Source of the DNA: Burkholderiales bacterium
Lineage (GTDB): Bacteria > Pseudomonadota > Gammaproteobacteria > Burkholderiales > Burkholderiaceae_C
Length of the DNA: 64,000 bases
Assembly: GCA_038225015.1 (NCBI GenBank)
Contig: JBBRFB010000001.1
Span: forward strand, 3,487-67,486
Direction of reading: 5' to 3'
The stretch's first letter is position 1. Every line of letters starts with the position of its first letter. A program made the translations under genes and the position numbers. Shown in pieces: positions 40,731 to 50,567 of the stretch. The notes below the pieces were generated by a model. It saw nothing but the letters and a program-made list of their open reading frames with translations, was not told where the DNA came from and ran no database searches.

Positions 40731-41849
40731 TCAGCCGACCTCGTTGACTAACCGCCACGGGCCCGTCGCGCCGACGCGATGCCAGAGGTCGGGGTTGCGC
40801 CATCGCTCGGCACAGGCGAAAAACTCGCTTTCGGTCAGCTCGTGGTAGTCGAGAAACTCGCCCAGGTACTCCTCCGGAAACTCGTACTGCTTCGCCCTCA
40901 CGAGCTCGACGGCTTCTTCTCGCTGCATGTAGCCGTTCCAGATCAGGTAGCAGCACTGATCGGTCGGGCGCCAGAACCCGAACTTGAGAAGCTTGAACCA
41001 GATGTGGATCTCGCAGAGCTTCTCGTCGATGTTGTCGTAGGCCAGCACGTTGCCCGACAGCGGCCCCGCTTGGCGCGGCTTGAAGCCGAACAGGCGGGCG
41101 ACCTGGTAGTGCTTCCAGCCGTCCCACCAGTGGTAGTACCCCAGGTAGATCGTCTTGATTTTCTTGCGCGCCAGCTCGTCGCGGCTCGGGTATTGATAGA
41201 AGAACAGCTGGTTATCCGGCACCCGGCCGGCCAGCAGTTCCTCGAACCCGATTTCGCGGAACAAGTCGTTGTTGATCAGATCGTCGGCCGAACCTTCCTC
41301 AGCGCTGCTGGCGGCGACATTGCCACCGAACTCGACGCCGATGTCCTCGCCCCAGACGACGAGCGGTGCGTTGTAGAACGACGCGACCCGCGCCACGGCG
41401 GAAAAGACCACGCGGTGATCGGCGTAGCTGGGGTTGCCGATGTCGAGCAGGGCGATGCGACGGATCTTCTGCAGCGTTGCCGGCCGCACCGAGACCTTGA
41501 TGAGGTCGACACCGAGCCCTTCGACCAGCGCGTTCAGGTTCTCGATGCCTTCCGTCGTTTGCAGGTGCGGGACGACGACGACAGCGAGCGTCTTCAGCCG
41601 GTAGACCTGGCTCATCATGTAGGCTTGGTAGCAACTGTCCTTGCCCCCGCTGACGGGGACGATGCACTCGTAGCCGTTGCCATTGGTGCCGCGGATTCGA
41701 TCGGCCAGCGCGCTCAAGCGAGCGGCGCGCGCGTCCCAGTCGATCTGGTGCTTTCTCTCGACCGAGCGACAAGCGCTGCAGACGCCCTGCGCATCGATGA
41801 TCAAACCAGGTTTCGTGCTCGGAAGCACGCATCGGCTGCAGTAGTACAT
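40731..41849 (-). CDS. N-acetyl sugar amidotransferase (WbuX/PseA/WbpG family), copy 2
   Basis: CSRCVLPSTKP, CSAC, PP-loop VSGGKDS, VWGE, KFGFWR, REEAVELV. Confidence 0.9.
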   Translation of the reverse strand: MYYCSRCVLPSTKPGLIIDAQGVCSACRSVERKHQIDWDARAARLSALADRIRGTNGNGYECIVPVSGGKDSCYQAYMMSQVYRLKTLAVVVVPHLQTTEGIENLNALVEGLGVDLIKVSVRPATLQKIRRIALLDIGNPSYADHRVVFSAVARVASFYNAPLVVWGEDIGVEFGGNVAASSAEEGSADDLINNDLFREIGFEELLAGRVPDNQLFFYQYPSRDELARKKIKTIYLGYYHWWDGWKHYQVARLFGFKPRQAGPLSGNVLAYDNIDEKLCEIHIWFKLLKFGFWRPTDQCCYLIWNGYMQREEAVELVRAKQYEFPEEYLGEFLDYHELTESEFFACAERWRNPDLWHRVGATGPWRLVNEVG

Positions 41850-41857
41850 GAATCTTG

Positions 41858-43195
41858 TCAGAGGATGGATGGGCGCTGCCAGGTCCGCGGCGTCAGCCCT
41901 CCGCCGGCGGGCTCCTCGAGCACCGCGCCGTAGTCGGACGCGTCGAGATAGCCCCGACCCATCAGGATGTAGCCGGGCTGACTCGGTGCCGGCTCGCCCT
42001 TCGGCGTCAAGCGGTAGTCCGACGACCCCTCCGCCGGCAGCAGGCGTGCTTCGTCGACGCCCGGATCGCGGGCGTGCTCTAGCACCGAATCGCGCAGGCG
42101 CCAGCCGCCATCGGCGACGCGCTCCCAGATCGCCGGATCCCGGCGGTCCTGGATGCAGCCGTGGAACTCGTCGCGGCTCAGCTCGACCCAATCGAGGAAC
42201 CGGTCGAGGTCGGCCGGTTCGACCTCGCTGTAGCGGCGCACCATCTCGATGCCCTCTTCACGGGTCATGCGGCGCAGCCGGATCTCGCGCGTCGCATGAT
42301 CGGTGACCTTGCCATAGCCGAGCTTGAGGTACTTGATGTAGTCGTGCAGGCCGGCCGAATGGAAGCAATGCACGTCTTCGTAGGTGTTGAAGGTGCGCTG
42401 CTGCACCGACGCCTCGTAGCCATAGCGGCGGATCATTTCCTCGTGCTGCGATTTCGCGTCCCAGCGGATGTAGTTGCTCAGGTAGATGCCGCGCACGCCC
42501 ACCGCCTCGAGCTCGTTGTCATAGGGATAGACGAAGGGCTGAACGTCGACGCGCGTAATGCCTCCCGCCTGGTCGACGAGGTCCTCGGCAGCGATCCCCA
42601 TCAGCCCGTGTTCCTTGCGGCAACGCTCCGTCATCTCGACCTCATCGAGGTGCGAGAACATGCCGGTCTGTTCGGACCACGGCTGGACGCCCCAGATGAT
42701 CAGCGGGATGCGGAACTTCACCGCAACCTGCACCGGGAAGGTCAGGTTGCCCGCCAAGGCCTGCCAGTACATGCTGCCGAAGCGCCGTAGCGTCTGCCGG
42801 GTAATTCGCTTGAGCAGCAGCGGCGATAGGGTCGAGGTCAAAACGTCGCAGTCGAATACGGTCGCCATATTGGCGAGGTTGCGGATGCCGACGTCGGTGT
42901 TGTACTCGTGGTTGTAGTGGACGAGCAGCGGATTCATACCGAGCACGTTCTTGACCGTGTGGACAATGAAGTAGCCGTCACCGCCACCCGTGACCGGCAC
43001 GATGCAGTCGAAGCCACGACCGCGGCTACGTCGCGAGTTCACCTCGGCTATCCGCTGCAGGTTGGCGAAGCGCGGGCCCCAGTCGAGCGTGTCCTTTTCC
43101 TCGTGAATCCTGCAGCCCGAGCAGATGCCTTGCGCATCGAAGATCATTCCGTACGGGTGGTTGGCTGGATAGAGGCAGCGTCTGCAGTAGATCAT
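41858..43195 (-). CDS. N-acetyl sugar amidotransferase family, copy 1 (variant PP-loop)
   Basis: CRRCLYP, CSGC, CIVPVTGGGDG, LGMNPLLV, HDYIKYLKLGYG, REIRLRRMTREEG. Confidence 0.87.
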   Translation of the reverse strand: MIYCRRCLYPANHPYGMIFDAQGICSGCRIHEEKDTLDWGPRFANLQRIAEVNSRRSRGRGFDCIVPVTGGGDGYFIVHTVKNVLGMNPLLVHYNHEYNTDVGIRNLANMATVFDCDVLTSTLSPLLLKRITRQTLRRFGSMYWQALAGNLTFPVQVAVKFRIPLIIWGVQPWSEQTGMFSHLDEVEMTERCRKEHGLMGIAAEDLVDQAGGITRVDVQPFVYPYDNELEAVGVRGIYLSNYIRWDAKSQHEEMIRRYGYEASVQQRTFNTYEDVHCFHSAGLHDYIKYLKLGYGKVTDHATREIRLRRMTREEGIEMVRRYSEVEPADLDRFLDWVELSRDEFHGCIQDRRDPAIWERVADGGWRLRDSVLEHARDPGVDEARLLPAEGSSDYRLTPKGEPAPSQPGYILMGRGYLDASDYGAVLEEPAGGGLTPRTWQRPSIL

Positions 43196-44064
43196 CGCGC
43201 ACGCTCCGCTACGCCGCGCTGGAACTCGACGCCGGCCAGCCGCTCCGCGTCGAGCATGAGCAACCGGCCGGTCTCGTCGAACTCGCGGCCGGCGTACTTG
43301 GCCTGGCTATCCAAGCGGACGTCGATGCCGCTTGCCACCATGTGCGCCTTGGCGAGGATCGTGCTGTGCTCGATATGGTGGAATATGTTAGCGGCGGCGA
43401 CTGCGGATGCCCCGGCCGCAATGCCTGCGGCGAAGTCGGCGTGATTGCCGATGCCGCCGCAGGCGATTACCGGTATCCCGACCGCCGCGCTCACTCTTTC
43501 GATCAGCTCCACGTCGTAGCCTCGGCGAGATCCGTCACGATCGATCGAGTTCAGGAAAATCTCGCCGGCCCCGAGCTCCTCGCATTGCCGCGCCCAGCCG
43601 TGCGGCGTCAGCCCGGTGGCCTCCTTGCCGGATCGGGCGTACACCTGATAGGTACCGTCGGCTTCGCGCCGGCAGTCGACCGAGGCAACGACGCACTGAA
43701 TGCCGTAGACGTCGGCGATCTCCGTGATCAGCGCCGGGCGGGCCAGCGCGTGCGAGTTGACGCAGACTTTGTCGGCCCCGTACTGGATCGCACGCCGAAC
43801 GTCGTCAACGCTGCGCACTCCACCGCCGACCGTCAGCGGCACGTAGCAGTACTTCGAAAGGGTCTCTAGCAAGTCGGCCTGTGGCCCGCGATTCTCGGGT
43901 GTCGCGCTCATGTCGAGCAGGACGATTTCGTCGACGTCCCACTTGACGACGAACTCGATGGGGAATCGAGGCTGACCGATCGGCAGGTGGCGGCCGAAGC
44001 CGATGCTCTGGACGATCAGGCCCTCGCGAATCAGCAAGCAGGCGATCAATCTCTTCTTCAGCAC
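43192..44064 (-). CDS. HisF-like protein of glycan amidation system (WbuZ-like)
   Basis: MLKKRLIACLL, PLTVGGGVRS, GADKVCVN, GAGEIFLNSIDRDG, PVIACGG. Glycan-cluster context. Confidence 0.88.
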   Translation of the reverse strand: MLKKRLIACLLIREGLIVQSIGFGRHLPIGQPRFPIEFVVKWDVDEIVLLDMSATPENRGPQADLLETLSKYCYVPLTVGGGVRSVDDVRRAIQYGADKVCVNSHALARPALITEIADVYGIQCVVASVDCRREADGTYQVYARSGKEATGLTPHGWARQCEELGAGEIFLNSIDRDGSRRGYDVELIERVSAAVGIPVIACGGIGNHADFAAGIAAGASAVAAANIFHHIEHSTILAKAHMVASGIDVRLDSQAKYAGREFDETGRLLMLDAERLAGVEFQRGVAERAR

Positions 44065-44705
44065 GATACAAGCTCTTGGCGCGTCAAGCGCTCAACGTAA
44101 GCGACGAAGTTGCCCAGCAGCGTCAGGCCCTTGCTCTGGCTTCGCTCCGGGTGGAACTGGACGCCGAAGACACGCCCCGCCTGGACAGCGGCGACCACCG
44201 GACCGCCGTAGTCGGTGGTCGCGGCGACATACTCGGACGCGCAGGCGAATTGGTAGCTGTGCACGAAATAGAAGGCATCGCCGTCAGTCGTACCGGCAAA
44301 CAAGGGATCACTACGACTGACCGCGATGGAATTCCAGCCAACATGCGGCACTCGCAGACCACCCGGCGGGGCGAGGCGCACGACACTTCCCGATACCAGA
44401 CCCAGTCCCTTGTGGCTACCGCGCTCCTCGGAGGAGTCGGCAAGCAGTTGCATACCCAGGCAAATGCCGAGCAGCGGCTTTCCTTGGTCGCGCACCGCGC
44501 GCAGGATCGGCGCGACCAGCTTTCGGGAGTCCAGATTGGCGACCGCCTCGCCAAACGCGCCCACACCGGGCAGGATGAGCGCGTCGGCTGCCGAGATATC
44601 GTCGGCCGATGAAGTGCTGCTGACCGAGCAGCCGAGCCGCTCGAAGGCGTTGTGGACGGAGCGGATATTGCCCATGCCGTAGTCGACGATGGCCATATGG
44701 ATCAT
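44058..44705 (-). CDS. HisH-like glutamine amidotransferase (WbuY-like)
   Basis: VDYGMGNIRSV, PGVGAF, GICLGMQ (Cys), PHVGWN, YFVHSY, QFHPE. Confidence 0.9.
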   Translation of the reverse strand: MIHMAIVDYGMGNIRSVHNAFERLGCSVSSTSSADDISAADALILPGVGAFGEAVANLDSRKLVAPILRAVRDQGKPLLGICLGMQLLADSSEERGSHKGLGLVSGSVVRLAPPGGLRVPHVGWNSIAVSRSDPLFAGTTDGDAFYFVHSYQFACASEYVAATTDYGGPVVAAVQAGRVFGVQFHPERSQSKGLTLLGNFVAYVERLTRQELVSC

Positions 44706-45727
44706 GTCGCACTGTCTCCTGTTTCGATCGCGGAGCCCTCGAGCGCCCGCCGAGTCCATTCAGACAGCGGTGCGTCCGCGGCGGTTGGCAGGTCGTTGGT
44801 GTCGAGTCGAGGTATTGTCAGCAACTGGCCCGGGGTCGGACTAGCGAGGCCAACCCGGGTCGTGAAGGCAGCGCCGCAGCCGTTGGCCTCTAGGATGCGC
44901 AAGGTATTTTCGTCGTACGCACCGTAGGGGTAGCAGAACAGGAAGTCACGGCGCGGCACGCCGGCGTCGTCGAGCATCGTCAGCGAGCGTTCGACGTCGC
45001 GCCGCTGGGCCTCGGCGTCGAGGCTGTCGAGCCATTCGTGGGCGTCACCGTGGCTGCCGATATCCATGCCCTCGGCGGCCATCTCCCTGAGATCGTCAAT
45101 GTCGAGGTACAGCTCGTCGACGAAAGCGCGCTCGTCATCGGTCACGAAATGGTGGAACAGCTCATCGGCCAGCTCGCGGCGGAGCGCCACAGGCAGTGCC
45201 CGTTGCAGCATGCGCTTGACGTACACCACGCTCGCGGTATCGAAGCGATTGGCAATGCGATAGCGCGCCTGATAGCTCGCGAGCGAGTCGAGCCCGAGCG
45301 TGTCACGTTGCTCGTCGACCCGCGATTCGATGACGGCGACCAGATCGTCGGGGTCGCCTGCAGTCGCGAGGATGAAGTGCAGTTTGTTGACGTCGAGCAT
45401 TCGCCGTTCGACGGTCGTTCCTGCGGGCGGAAAGAACGCGCCGCTCAGACCGCGGCGACGCAGCGCCGTGCAGACGTGGTCGCGATGATCCCGGTAGCCG
45501 TCGTCGAAGGTGAGCAGCACGGGGCTCGGCGGCAAGGCAGGGCCGCCACGGACCGAGTCGATGATCTGACGCGCGGTGACGAAGGCATGATGCCGCTGCA
45601 GATAGTCGAGCTGGCCTTCGAAGGCAGCGAGCTCGAGTCCCTTGATGTTCGGATGACGCGAGCCTGCGATCGGCCTCACGTAGTGGTACATCACGACCGT
45701 GAGTGCCCCGCCGTCGGGTGCCGTCAT
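44702..45727 (-). CDS. NodB-type (CE4) polysaccharide deacetylase
   Basis: MYHYV, LTFDDGYRDH, IGSHGDAH, FCYPYG, PRLDTND. Confidence 0.88.
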   Translation of the reverse strand: MTAPDGGALTVVMYHYVRPIAGSRHPNIKGLELAAFEGQLDYLQRHHAFVTARQIIDSVRGGPALPPSPVLLTFDDGYRDHRDHVCTALRRRGLSGAFFPPAGTTVERRMLDVNKLHFILATAGDPDDLVAVIESRVDEQRDTLGLDSLASYQARYRIANRFDTASVVYVKRMLQRALPVALRRELADELFHHFVTDDERAFVDELYLDIDDLREMAAEGMDIGSHGDAHEWLDSLDAEAQRRDVERSLTMLDDAGVPRRDFLFCYPYGAYDENTLRILEANGCGAAFTTRVGLASPTPGQLLTIPRLDTNDLPTAADAPLSEWTRRALEGSAIETGDSAT

Positions 45728-46434
45728 CGGCGGCGGGCCACCACGTGCCAGCGGCCGTGGTGTTCCCCGTTCCCGTCGTTTCGCACCTGATGCAGCGCAC
45801 ACGAGAGGATCTCGAACAGCGGTTCGACCAGCCGACGGATCTTCGTCTTGTTGAAGTACGACTGGATGGTGTCGTGTTCGTGCACGCCGGTGACGATGAC
45901 CTCGCCGCAGAAGTCGGCGGACTTGCCCGTCTCGTCTCCGGAGATCAGGCTGCAGTAGAAATAGCCGCCCGGCCGCACCACCCGGGCGATCTCTGACAGA
46001 CCGGCCTGCGCGATCTGGAAGGGCATGCTGTCGAGGACGCTGTCGCTCATGGCGTGGTCGAAGAAGCCGGTCGGCCACGGCAGCGCCCGGATATCGCCCG
46101 CCAGAACACGTTCGTCGGCCGCCGTCTGCCCAATGCCTCGCAGCCACTGGCGAGCCACGCCGACTGCCTGGGCCGACAGATCGGTTCCATACATCGACAG
46201 GCCCATCTGGCTGCCGAAGGCGAGTGTCCGGCCGATGCCGCAGCCAACGTCGAGCACCCTGCTGTCCGCGGCACCGGCGATGACGTCGCGGTACTCGCTG
46301 AGTCCCGTGCGGCGGCGGATGTAGCGCGACACGAAGCGGACGGCCTCGTCTCCGGGATAGAAGACATGGTTCTCGCGACGGGCATAGGAGTCGTCCCAGG
46401 CCTGGGTCCGCGTGTCGGGATCGATCTCGTTCAT
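45724..46434 (-). CDS. Class I SAM-dependent methyltransferase
   Basis: VLDVGCGIGR, YGTDLS, GDIRALPW, FFD, RVVRPGG. Confidence 0.88.
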   Translation of the reverse strand: MNEIDPDTRTQAWDDSYARRENHVFYPGDEAVRFVSRYIRRRTGLSEYRDVIAGAADSRVLDVGCGIGRTLAFGSQMGLSMYGTDLSAQAVGVARQWLRGIGQTAADERVLAGDIRALPWPTGFFDHAMSDSVLDSMPFQIAQAGLSEIARVVRPGGYFYCSLISGDETGKSADFCGEVIVTGVHEHDTIQSYFNKTKIRRLVEPLFEILSCALHQVRNDGNGEHHGRWHVVARRR

Positions 46435-47859
46435 TCAGTGTCCTGAGTATCCGTGCAGAGTCCGCACGACGTCGAGCACGACGGGAACCGGGTCGGCCGA
46501 GTGGCGGGTGATGAGGGCCGCGTTCTGGTCGGTGTGCAGCCTGGGCAGGCGCAGCGAAAGCACGCGCAGGTGGCCGGCGTGTTTGTCGAGATGCCGGCAG
46601 AGCGCCTCGCCGGCCGCCTTCGCGGCGACGTACTCGGCCTGGTCCTTCGGGAGCTCGTCGATGAACACCGTCGACGGATAGAACAGCCTGACGTCGCCCT
46701 CCCCCGCCGCGAGTCCGGCCGCGAGCTGACCGAAGCCTTCCACGAAGACCTGCATGAAGCTGCGAAACACCGCCGCGCTGAACAAGCGCGACTTGGCCCG
46801 GCCAATGCGCGGCGCCGCGAAGTAATAGACGTGGCTGGGCCAGCCCTGCTCGGCGACGATCCGCGCCAGGTCACGCCGGGCGTGCTCGGCGTCGAAGGCC
46901 ACGGTGCGGCAGTGTCCGCCGGAAGCGGCGATCTCGCCGGCAACGCGCTCGGCGTCCTGCCGGCCCTCCCGGTGCGTGACGATCACCTCGCCGCCCCCGG
47001 CGGCGATCAGCTTCGCCGCGATCTCGCCGAGTCCGCGCGAGCCGCCCACGACGAGCGCCACCTGCCCGGCGAACTCGCCCGTGACGACGGCGGCGCGCAG
47101 CGCGGCATAGCTGGCCTGCACGACGGGGCCGGGCCGGACGAATGCGTCAACGTGGCCCTCAAGGCCACTGCCGCGAACAGTGATTCGCAGCGGTGCTTGC
47201 TGGACCGAGTGGCGCGTCACCGCCCACTCGATGTCGCTGCCGACGCCCACGCCGTCGAAGCACAGCTTGACGCCGGCGATCAGCGAATGCAGGCCAGGGC
47301 AGCGCATGCCGACGAGGCGGGACACTGCCATCATCCCGGCAATGGCGCGCGGTCCGAGCTGTTCGTGGAGATGGGGGTAGGCTGCACGATCGCGGTCCTC
47401 GGCCGCGACGGCGTCGAGCCGGCCACTTGCCGTCTTCAAGGCGGCGAAATCATGGCACTGGGGCTCCTCGCGCGGCAGCCGCGACTGAGGTGGCGCCCCG
47501 TCGACCGGCAGCCCGCCGAGATCGAGCCAGGCCGAGGTGACTTCCTCGCCGTCGAGCCGCACCGCCAAGCGCTGTCGCCCCGACTCGGCAGGCTCGCGCG
47601 CAAGGACCGCCTGATCGCCCGGCGCGAGCGGTCGTGCGAACGTCGCCGCGACCATGCGCGGCACGTCGCCACCGCTCGCCACGTGTCGTTCGAGCATCCA
47701 GAGCAGTGTGCTCATGCCGTGTGCAACGATGCTGCCGGCAAGCAGTCGCCGTGCGGTGACCGGGTCGGTATGGATCGGATTCCAGTCGCCCGAGGCTTCG
47801 GCGAACGCCAGCAGGTCGTCGTTGGCCAGCGTCCGCTCGCCGATGATCTCGTCGGTCAC
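46435..47859 (-). CDS. MaoC/hot-dog dehydratase fused to SDR ketoreductase
   Basis: Hydratase motif FAEASGDWNPIHTD..AHGM, second hot-dog-like region (SRLVGMRCPG), then VVGGSRGLG and YVAAK. GTG start. Confidence 0.85.
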   Translation of the reverse strand: MTDEIIGERTLANDDLLAFAEASGDWNPIHTDPVTARRLLAGSIVAHGMSTLLWMLERHVASGGDVPRMVAATFARPLAPGDQAVLAREPAESGRQRLAVRLDGEEVTSAWLDLGGLPVDGAPPQSRLPREEPQCHDFAALKTASGRLDAVAAEDRDRAAYPHLHEQLGPRAIAGMMAVSRLVGMRCPGLHSLIAGVKLCFDGVGVGSDIEWAVTRHSVQQAPLRITVRGSGLEGHVDAFVRPGPVVQASYAALRAAVVTGEFAGQVALVVGGSRGLGEIAAKLIAAGGGEVIVTHREGRQDAERVAGEIAASGGHCRTVAFDAEHARRDLARIVAEQGWPSHVYYFAAPRIGRAKSRLFSAAVFRSFMQVFVEGFGQLAAGLAAGEGDVRLFYPSTVFIDELPKDQAEYVAAKAAGEALCRHLDKHAGHLRVLSLRLPRLHTDQNAALITRHSADPVPVVLDVVRTLHGYSGH

Positions 47860-48887
47860 GGCGAATCTCCGAGACGGTTGGGACGGTCCTGGTCGCCGTC
47901 GGCGCGAAAAGCCTGGAAGCGGCCCGCCGTCGGGCGCTTGAATGCGCAGAGGATGCGGGCGTTTCTCGAATCGAAAGGTTCGAAATAGTTTGGCACGACG
48001 GTCGCGCCAGCCGGGTCGATCCGCGTGAAGCCCGACGCCTCGATAACCCCGCCCGCCACGCCCAGGGACCAGAGGTCGGCATACTCGGCATCGGTGCTTT
48101 GCATCAGCCGCTCCAGTGCGGCACCGGACGAGCCGAGCACCGCGTCATCTCCCGCGAAGTCGACGATACGCAGGGCACGGCGACCCTCGTGCTCGGCAAT
48201 GCGCAGCGCGAGCAGCCCGCCAGCGTTGGCGGTCGAGCGCAGCCGGAACACCCGGTAGCGATAGAACGGATGCCGCAGGAAGCGCTCGCGGAAGTAGATC
48301 GGCGTCTTGGCGGGCAGCACCTCGGGCGCGCTGACCGGCTCGGCGGGCAGGGCCTCGAGGTCCGCCGGCCCGAGCTCGGTCCAGCTCGTCTCGTCGCCGG
48401 CGGGCTGGCGCGGCTGCCAGTCGGGGGCAGCGCTGATCAGCGTCTGTCGGCGGCCGGGGTTGACCAGCACGTGCTGCGCTAGTTCGCCGACCTGGTAGCC
48501 GAGCGCCCGGTACATCGGCGGATGGGCGAGGTTGATCCCGTTGACGGCGGTCGCCGCGTGTGCCTCGGTGCCGGCGAGCGCGCTCAGCAGCCGCAATCCG
48601 AGACCGGGCACGCCGGAGTCGCTGCGAACCTTCCACAGGGCAAGCCAGAGCACGTTGCGGTCGACCAGCCGGGGATCGAAACGCGCGCTGGGAATGTAGC
48701 CGAGCACCGCCTGGATGCCGCCCTTCGAGCGGGCGACGAGGTAGTTGTAGCGCCCATCGGCGGCGCGATGCTGCCAGTCCATGAGCTCCCGGTGGGTCGC
48801 CAGCACGTGCCCCGCCTGCCAATGGCGTTCGAGGAATTGCATCAGCTCGCCGACCTCTGCCGGCTCGCAACGGCGAATCTCGACCAT
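47856..48887 (-). CDS. Putative GNAT-fold acyltransferase
   Basis: EIRRCEPAE start, WKVRSDSGVPGLGLRLL (motif A-like), MYRALGY. Length suggests a tandem GNAT fold. Confidence 0.55.
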   Translation of the reverse strand: MVEIRRCEPAEVGELMQFLERHWQAGHVLATHRELMDWQHRAADGRYNYLVARSKGGIQAVLGYIPSARFDPRLVDRNVLWLALWKVRSDSGVPGLGLRLLSALAGTEAHAATAVNGINLAHPPMYRALGYQVGELAQHVLVNPGRRQTLISAAPDWQPRQPAGDETSWTELGPADLEALPAEPVSAPEVLPAKTPIYFRERFLRHPFYRYRVFRLRSTANAGGLLALRIAEHEGRRALRIVDFAGDDAVLGSSGAALERLMQSTDAEYADLWSLGVAGGVIEASGFTRIDPAGATVVPNYFEPFDSRNARILCAFKRPTAGRFQAFRADGDQDRPNRLGDSP

Positions 48888-48895
48888 GTCGGCGA

Positions 48896-50566
48896 TCAGC
48901 CTCGGTCTGCCCGCTCAAGCGCGATCTCGGGCGGCGCCTGGTACCCAGACTCGAGGTCGAAAACGTAGTCGGTGCCGCCTGCCGGCACCAGCCTACTCGA
49001 CGAGAGCACGTCGAGCGTCGGCCGGTTCCGATCGGTCGGCAGGTAGCTCACGTGCATCGTCCTGGCACCGAGCCGCTTCAGCTCGGTGGCCGCCAGGTGC
49101 AGCATCGCCTCTTCGACCTTGCGGCCCATGGCGCGGCAGCTCAGGATGAAATCCTGCACCCGGCCGGAATCGCCGACCGCTTCGACCGAGACGATGCCCG
49201 ACAGGCCGAGGTCGCCGAAGCGATCAGCAACCGAGACGGCCAGCATCGAGCGGTTCGACGCGCCGACCCAGCAGAGGATCTCTTTCGCCGTCAGCCGCCG
49301 GGTCGATAGGTTGAGCTGGTTGGTCTTGTTGAACAGCTGCGCCACACGGGTGATCTGGCGCTCGCCGACGGCCTCGCTCCGCAGTCGGGTCTGGAGCCGC
49401 TCCAGCCAGTCGCCGACCGACGCCGCCTCGCCGCGACCGTCGCGCCGATCTCGCTCGGCCACAGCCATCGCCGTGCGCTTGCGATCCTCGTCGGTGATTC
49501 CGGCGGTCTCGAAGCAGTCGAGTGCTCGCAACGTCGACGCGTAATCGCACGGATCGGCCGGCCACTCCGGAACCAAGACGTCGGGGTAGGCGTGACGCAC
49601 GCGGTCGCGTTCGGCAGGGTTGTCGTCGATGTACACGACGGACGACAGGCCCAGGTTGATCTCGGCGACGAGCGCCCGCAGGTTCTCCGCCTTGTCCTGC
49701 CAGTTAATGCGCCAGCCGACGAAGTCGCTGCGACGCAGAAGCATTTCCGGGTGCTCGTCGATCGCCTGCAGCGCGACCGACTCGTCATTCTTGCTGACGA
49801 TCGCCAGCTGGACGCCCTTGCGGGTGAGAGACTTCAGCGCCTTCTGGAAATCGCGGAACGCCTCGCCGACATGGTCGATGCCGCCGAGCCGGATCCCTTG
49901 CCAACCGGTCTCGCCCACGACATTGCCCCAGAGCGTGTTGTCGAGGTCGAGGACGACCAGCTTTCGTGACCGGCCGCCGAGCGCCTGGATCCCGGCGCCG
50001 AAGTCGCGCGCAGCCCTTTCGAAGACGGCATTGCGATAGGGAACTTTCGTCGCGTACCGCATCTTCGGCGCCACCGCCCCGCCGTCGACGTGCAGCCAGC
50101 GAGACGCATCGAACAGATAGACGTTGTGCTGGCCGGCCAGGCGCTCCGCCAGCCGCAGGTTCATGCGGGCGAGCAGGCTGGACAAGCCGACCCCGGCGCG
50201 CCAGTCGAGCATGCCGTAGCCGTGTTCGCCGGGGGGCAGCGCCCAGCTCGCCACGAACAGGAAGCGCAGTTCGGCGGCGAAGCGCACGAGGACCTCGGCG
50301 AACCGGTCGACCTCCTCGAGACACCGTTCGGCATCGACCGGCTCGAAGTCGAGTGACCCGGCGAAGCTCGCGATCACGCCCTCCGGGGTCGTCCAGGCGA
50401 TCGCCGCCGCGACGCCTTGCGGGGGCGGCGCCGACAGGGTCTGGTAGACCTGGCCGTACGGGGCGTCGAGCGTCCGGTAGGCCTCGAACGCCGCCGCGTT
50501 GGCGGCGAACCGCCCGAGCAGCGAGACGTTGAAGTCGGACACGAGCAGCAGATTCGGCGTCGACAC
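48896..50566 (-). CDS. FkbH-like HAD-IIIC glyceryl transferase/phosphatase
   Basis: KLVVLDLDNTLWG, VSKND, INWQDKAEN, YIDDNPAER, QLFNKTNQLNL, DRFGDLG, LSCRAMGRKVE (Cys). GTG start. Confidence 0.92.
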   Translation of the reverse strand: MSTPNLLLVSDFNVSLLGRFAANAAAFEAYRTLDAPYGQVYQTLSAPPPQGVAAAIAWTTPEGVIASFAGSLDFEPVDAERCLEEVDRFAEVLVRFAAELRFLFVASWALPPGEHGYGMLDWRAGVGLSSLLARMNLRLAERLAGQHNVYLFDASRWLHVDGGAVAPKMRYATKVPYRNAVFERAARDFGAGIQALGGRSRKLVVLDLDNTLWGNVVGETGWQGIRLGGIDHVGEAFRDFQKALKSLTRKGVQLAIVSKNDESVALQAIDEHPEMLLRRSDFVGWRINWQDKAENLRALVAEINLGLSSVVYIDDNPAERDRVRHAYPDVLVPEWPADPCDYASTLRALDCFETAGITDEDRKRTAMAVAERDRRDGRGEAASVGDWLERLQTRLRSEAVGERQITRVAQLFNKTNQLNLSTRRLTAKEILCWVGASNRSMLAVSVADRFGDLGLSGIVSVEAVGDSGRVQDFILSCRAMGRKVEEAMLHLAATELKRLGARTMHVSYLPTDRNRPTLDVLSSSRLVPAGGTDYVFDLESGYQAPPEIALERADRG

Positions 50567-50567
50567 C

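Noticed and set aside
43192-44705. Histidine biosynthesis genes hisF/hisH
   Set aside because: No other his genes nearby, HisF catalytic Asp absent, and linked to sugar amidotransferases; treated as glycan-amidation paralogues.
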